This document shows positions 50,617 to 53,077 of a stretch of 53,077 nucleotides of DNA, in pieces. Source of the stretch: Chara braunii (lineage: Eukaryota > Plantae > Charophyceae); the NCBI GenBank assembly GCA_003427395.1, contig BFEA01000040.1, positions 4,029,550 through 4,082,626 on the forward strand, in the 5' to 3' direction. A program made the translations under genes and the position numbers. Each line of letters opens with the position of its first letter. The first letter of the stretch is position 1. The notes under the pieces were generated by a model. The model saw nothing but the letters and a program-made list of their open reading frames with translations. It was not told the DNA's origin and ran no database searches.

Positions 50617-50940
50617 GTAACCCCACCCTTCAGCATATGAACCGTTCTGAACTGGTGAGATCCCATAGAGTGACCAGTCATCTGTCCAAGGCCATGCTGG
50701 GCCAGTAATGAGATTCCAGTGTTGGAGCCACCATATCCGGAGTTCGTCAGCCAGTGGACAACATAACCATAGGTGTGCGTTTGACTCCCAGCCCCAGTCG
50801 CACCTTCTGCAGGTGATTGAGATCTCCATAGGTGTGCGAGTTGTTGTAGAAAAACAACATGGTGTGACGGGGAAAGGAGGGAAAATAAATTCCTGACTCT
50901 TGACCGCCGATAGGAAAAAGTCCAAAGAAAACAAATCATG
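50106..50940 (-). pseudogene. L1-like LINE ORF2 C-terminus (zf-RVT), interrupted
   Basis: CRRCDWGWESNAHLWLCCP, QEIWRARNSVIF, FLKMW. Confidence 0.8.
50373..50615 (+). mobile_element. poly-A-tailed retro-insertion with 7-bp TSD CGTAACC
   Basis: TSD at 50366-50372 and 50616-50622; removal rejoins EGWGY-VALVCRG of the host LINE. Confidence 0.85.
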
Positions 50941-50975
50941 GCAGTGTATGCTTCAATATTCTACGAGAAGATTCG

Positions 50976-51087
50976 GGGCGGTGCTCCACTACTCTCCAAA
51001 TGTGCAAAATGAGACTGAATCCTCTGCTAGAACATGGATAGATGGACTGCCATAGTTTTTGATGTGGAGAGTGGTGGAGGGTGGCCC
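50976..51087. mobile_element. Harbinger-type MITE (39476 family), diverged
   Basis: GGGCGGTGCTCCACTACTCTCCA...TGGAGAGTGGTGGAGGGTGGCCC. Confidence 0.7.
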
Positions 51088-51309
51088 TCATTCTTTTTTT
51101 CTTTTCTTTTTTTAAACATCATCATATATTGCATATTAAAACGAAGAGGCCGGGGTCCTCACAGTCTACCCGGAAAGAAGGGCCTGGGAGCATTACCCAG
51201 TTTCGCTTTGTCAAACCTTCTGACTATCTAGAGTAACTGCTGGGACCACATGCCCACCTTAGCCCTGCTCAGCCTAGAGGGCTGTCTGAAACTGAACCTG
51301 AGGTGGCTA

Positions 51310-51414
51310 CCGTCTTCCCCCGAACACAACGCACCCACATTTTTACCGTATCGGGCCGGAAACATATCTTGTATACGTTCATTTTCAGGGTGCGTTATGT
51401 TCGGGGGAAGACGG
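51310..51414. mobile_element. pogo/Tc1-mariner-like MITE
   Basis: TA|CCGTCTTCCCCCGAACA.AACGCACCC ~27-bp TIR|TA. Confidence 0.9.
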
Positions 51415-51416
51415 TA

Positions 51417-52700
51417 GAGCTGATGAGCGATGATCCCACAATGGCTCCGAATATCCTAGTCTGTCCGCGTCATCAAAATGGACCCAAGCGAAAGTACTCG
51501 ACCATTTGGAAAGAAAGGAAACTCTGGTGTCTACTATGGAGTCTGACTTCTTCCTCTGCTTAACCCAATCTACCATGATGTCTGTTCTAATAGCCTGTTT
51601 AACCACCAGTACCTTTCCCGCCTGGGAAAATAGTGGGCCTCGGGTAGGCGTCCGACCTTTCCAGAGGCCGAAACGACATGACGGCCGCCGATCGGATTTA
51701 TCCTCCAAAGATTCAGGAGTTTGGGAAAACTGCCAGTTTTCCCTATTTTCCCACGCGGGAAAGGTACTAGTGCTTTTAAACAGTGAAAATAGAGCCTGAG
51801 GGCAGGATTTCTTTTGCAGGAAGATCCTGTCTCGTTGAGCCATCCAAATTAGCCAGAAGGCTCTAACTCTGAATAACTGAGCTATCCTGTTAGACAGCTT
51901 ATCCACGGAGGAGTTTTGAATCCTGCTTGTAAAGATGAAATCTTTCTGCCACGTGGAGGATTCACTGTGTGCCTGTGTCCACATCTCCTGGATACTATCC
52001 CAGAATCCCCTTGCGATGATGCATTCCCACCACAGGTGAAGCGAGTCCTCTAGTGAGGCTTGTGGACATGCTGTGCATTTCGTGTCTATATCCGTACCTT
52101 TTTTCTGAACACCACAAGGCGGTTGGGGTGCATGAACGGAGGTGAAGCCATTGTAAGGCCCCCGCCTTGCGCACCAAGTATGAGGTGTATGAAGAAAGAC
52201 ACCCACTTAGCATTGATGTGTTGGAGCCCCATCGCCCTGCACCTGCTCTGCCATGAGCAAGAGAGGGCTGCCTGTATTGCCTGTCCTTGTGATTGAAGCT
52301 CGTAGCCGATCCTCGATGTGTATTCCGATAGTGGAATCTCGGAGGTAGAGCCTGTGCTTTCCGACATTTTCCATCCCGTCTTCAGCACATCTACCTTCCA
52401 GTCCTTCATTGGTTTCGATCCCTGTACCACCATAACTCTGTTACCTCCTGTTGGACCCTGTTTCTGTGCGACTCTTATCTGCTGCCACCCCTGTGGAGAT
52501 TTCATCACAGGCTCTCTTCCCCTCTGTTCGCAAGCTGTCACTCCGTGACCTCCACTGAGCCATCACCTTTGATCTTTTCGATTCTGAAGATTGAAGAATC
52601 ATCGGTGGGGTCCTTATACCACTGAAATTCGGAAAATGGTTGCTTCTGTTGGCTCACTGACAGGGTTGGCGGTGGGGTTACCCACACCAGCGGGGCCAGT
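51417..52700 (-). pseudogene. L1-like LINE ORF2 C-terminal remnant (zf-RVT)
   Basis: CTACPQASLEDSLHLWWEC, AFWLIWMAQRDRIF, FLSKW; frameshifts; interrupted by a TTAA MITE. Confidence 0.8.
51603..51775. mobile_element. TTAA-targeting MITE, second subfamily
   Basis: TTAA|CCACCAGTACCTTTCCCGC...GCGGGAAAGGTACTAGTG..|TTAA; removal restores FSLFKQAIR. Confidence 0.85.
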
Positions 52701-52924
52701 CTAAGGTAAGAGGTGTGAAGGGGTATACTTTGGGAGGGAACTGTATGCCCTTTTGGAAAAGGGGGGGGACGGTGGTACTGTCCCATGTTGGGGCTGTGAT
52801 GGGATGCCTGTAATGAGGGTAATCCGTTTCAGCGGAGGCAGCATTGGGATAGGGTGGAATGAAGGGGGGGGGGGAGATTAATTTTAGGTGTCGTATCATC
52901 ATCTTCCGAGAAATAAGACGCTTT

Positions 52925-53077
52925 CTGTAGCGGACCTTGGGTTGGCCTGTGAGACCAGCCCCTTGGCCTGTTCTCACAGGCCTGTGTTATATTCGGGGTA
53001 GTCCAGTCCAGGCCGGTACCTCTGTCGGTACCAGCCAGTCCAGTCCAGTCCCGTCAGTCCGCTGGGGTATACCCCAG
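52925..53077 (-). repeat. inverted copy of the 5' part of the 972-1304 repeat
   Basis: reverse complement GGGGTATACCCCAGCGGACTGAC...GGTACCGACAG.GGTACCGG. Confidence 0.85.

Noticed and set aside
972-53077. Giant 52-kb element bounded by inverted repeats
   Set aside because: Copies are diverged members of a dispersed family, the right one is cut by the window edge, and the interior is an ordinary TE mosaic.

Overview
Repeat-dense eukaryotic draft-assembly sequence: 7 N-gaps, many (GA)n/(CA)n/(GAA)n/poly-A tracts and two Nextera mate-pair junction artefacts. It is most consistent with a streptophyte alga/plant such as Chara (inference from the plant-type RabGAP and trihelix-like Myb ORF). The only apparently intact host gene is an intronless TBC/RabGAP gene (minus, 28916-30478). 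The rest is transposon-derived: a disabled PIF/Harbinger Myb/SANT (trihelix-like) ORF and a disabled Harbinger DDE transposase, each behind a different GGGGC terminal repeat; five decayed L1-like LINE fragments; tRNA-headed SINEs; and several MITE families (3-bp TSD Harbinger-type, TA pogo-like, TTAA-targeting, 8-bp TSD hAT-like, 2-bp TSD CACTA-like). The most unusual signal is a ~100-nt dispersed element (GGGACGCTGG start, ~11 copies plus short 5' fragments, often A-tailed). It has three hairpins; the third stem changes sequence between copies while keeping its pairing and a conserved loop. It is a candidate undescribed structured-RNA retroposon.
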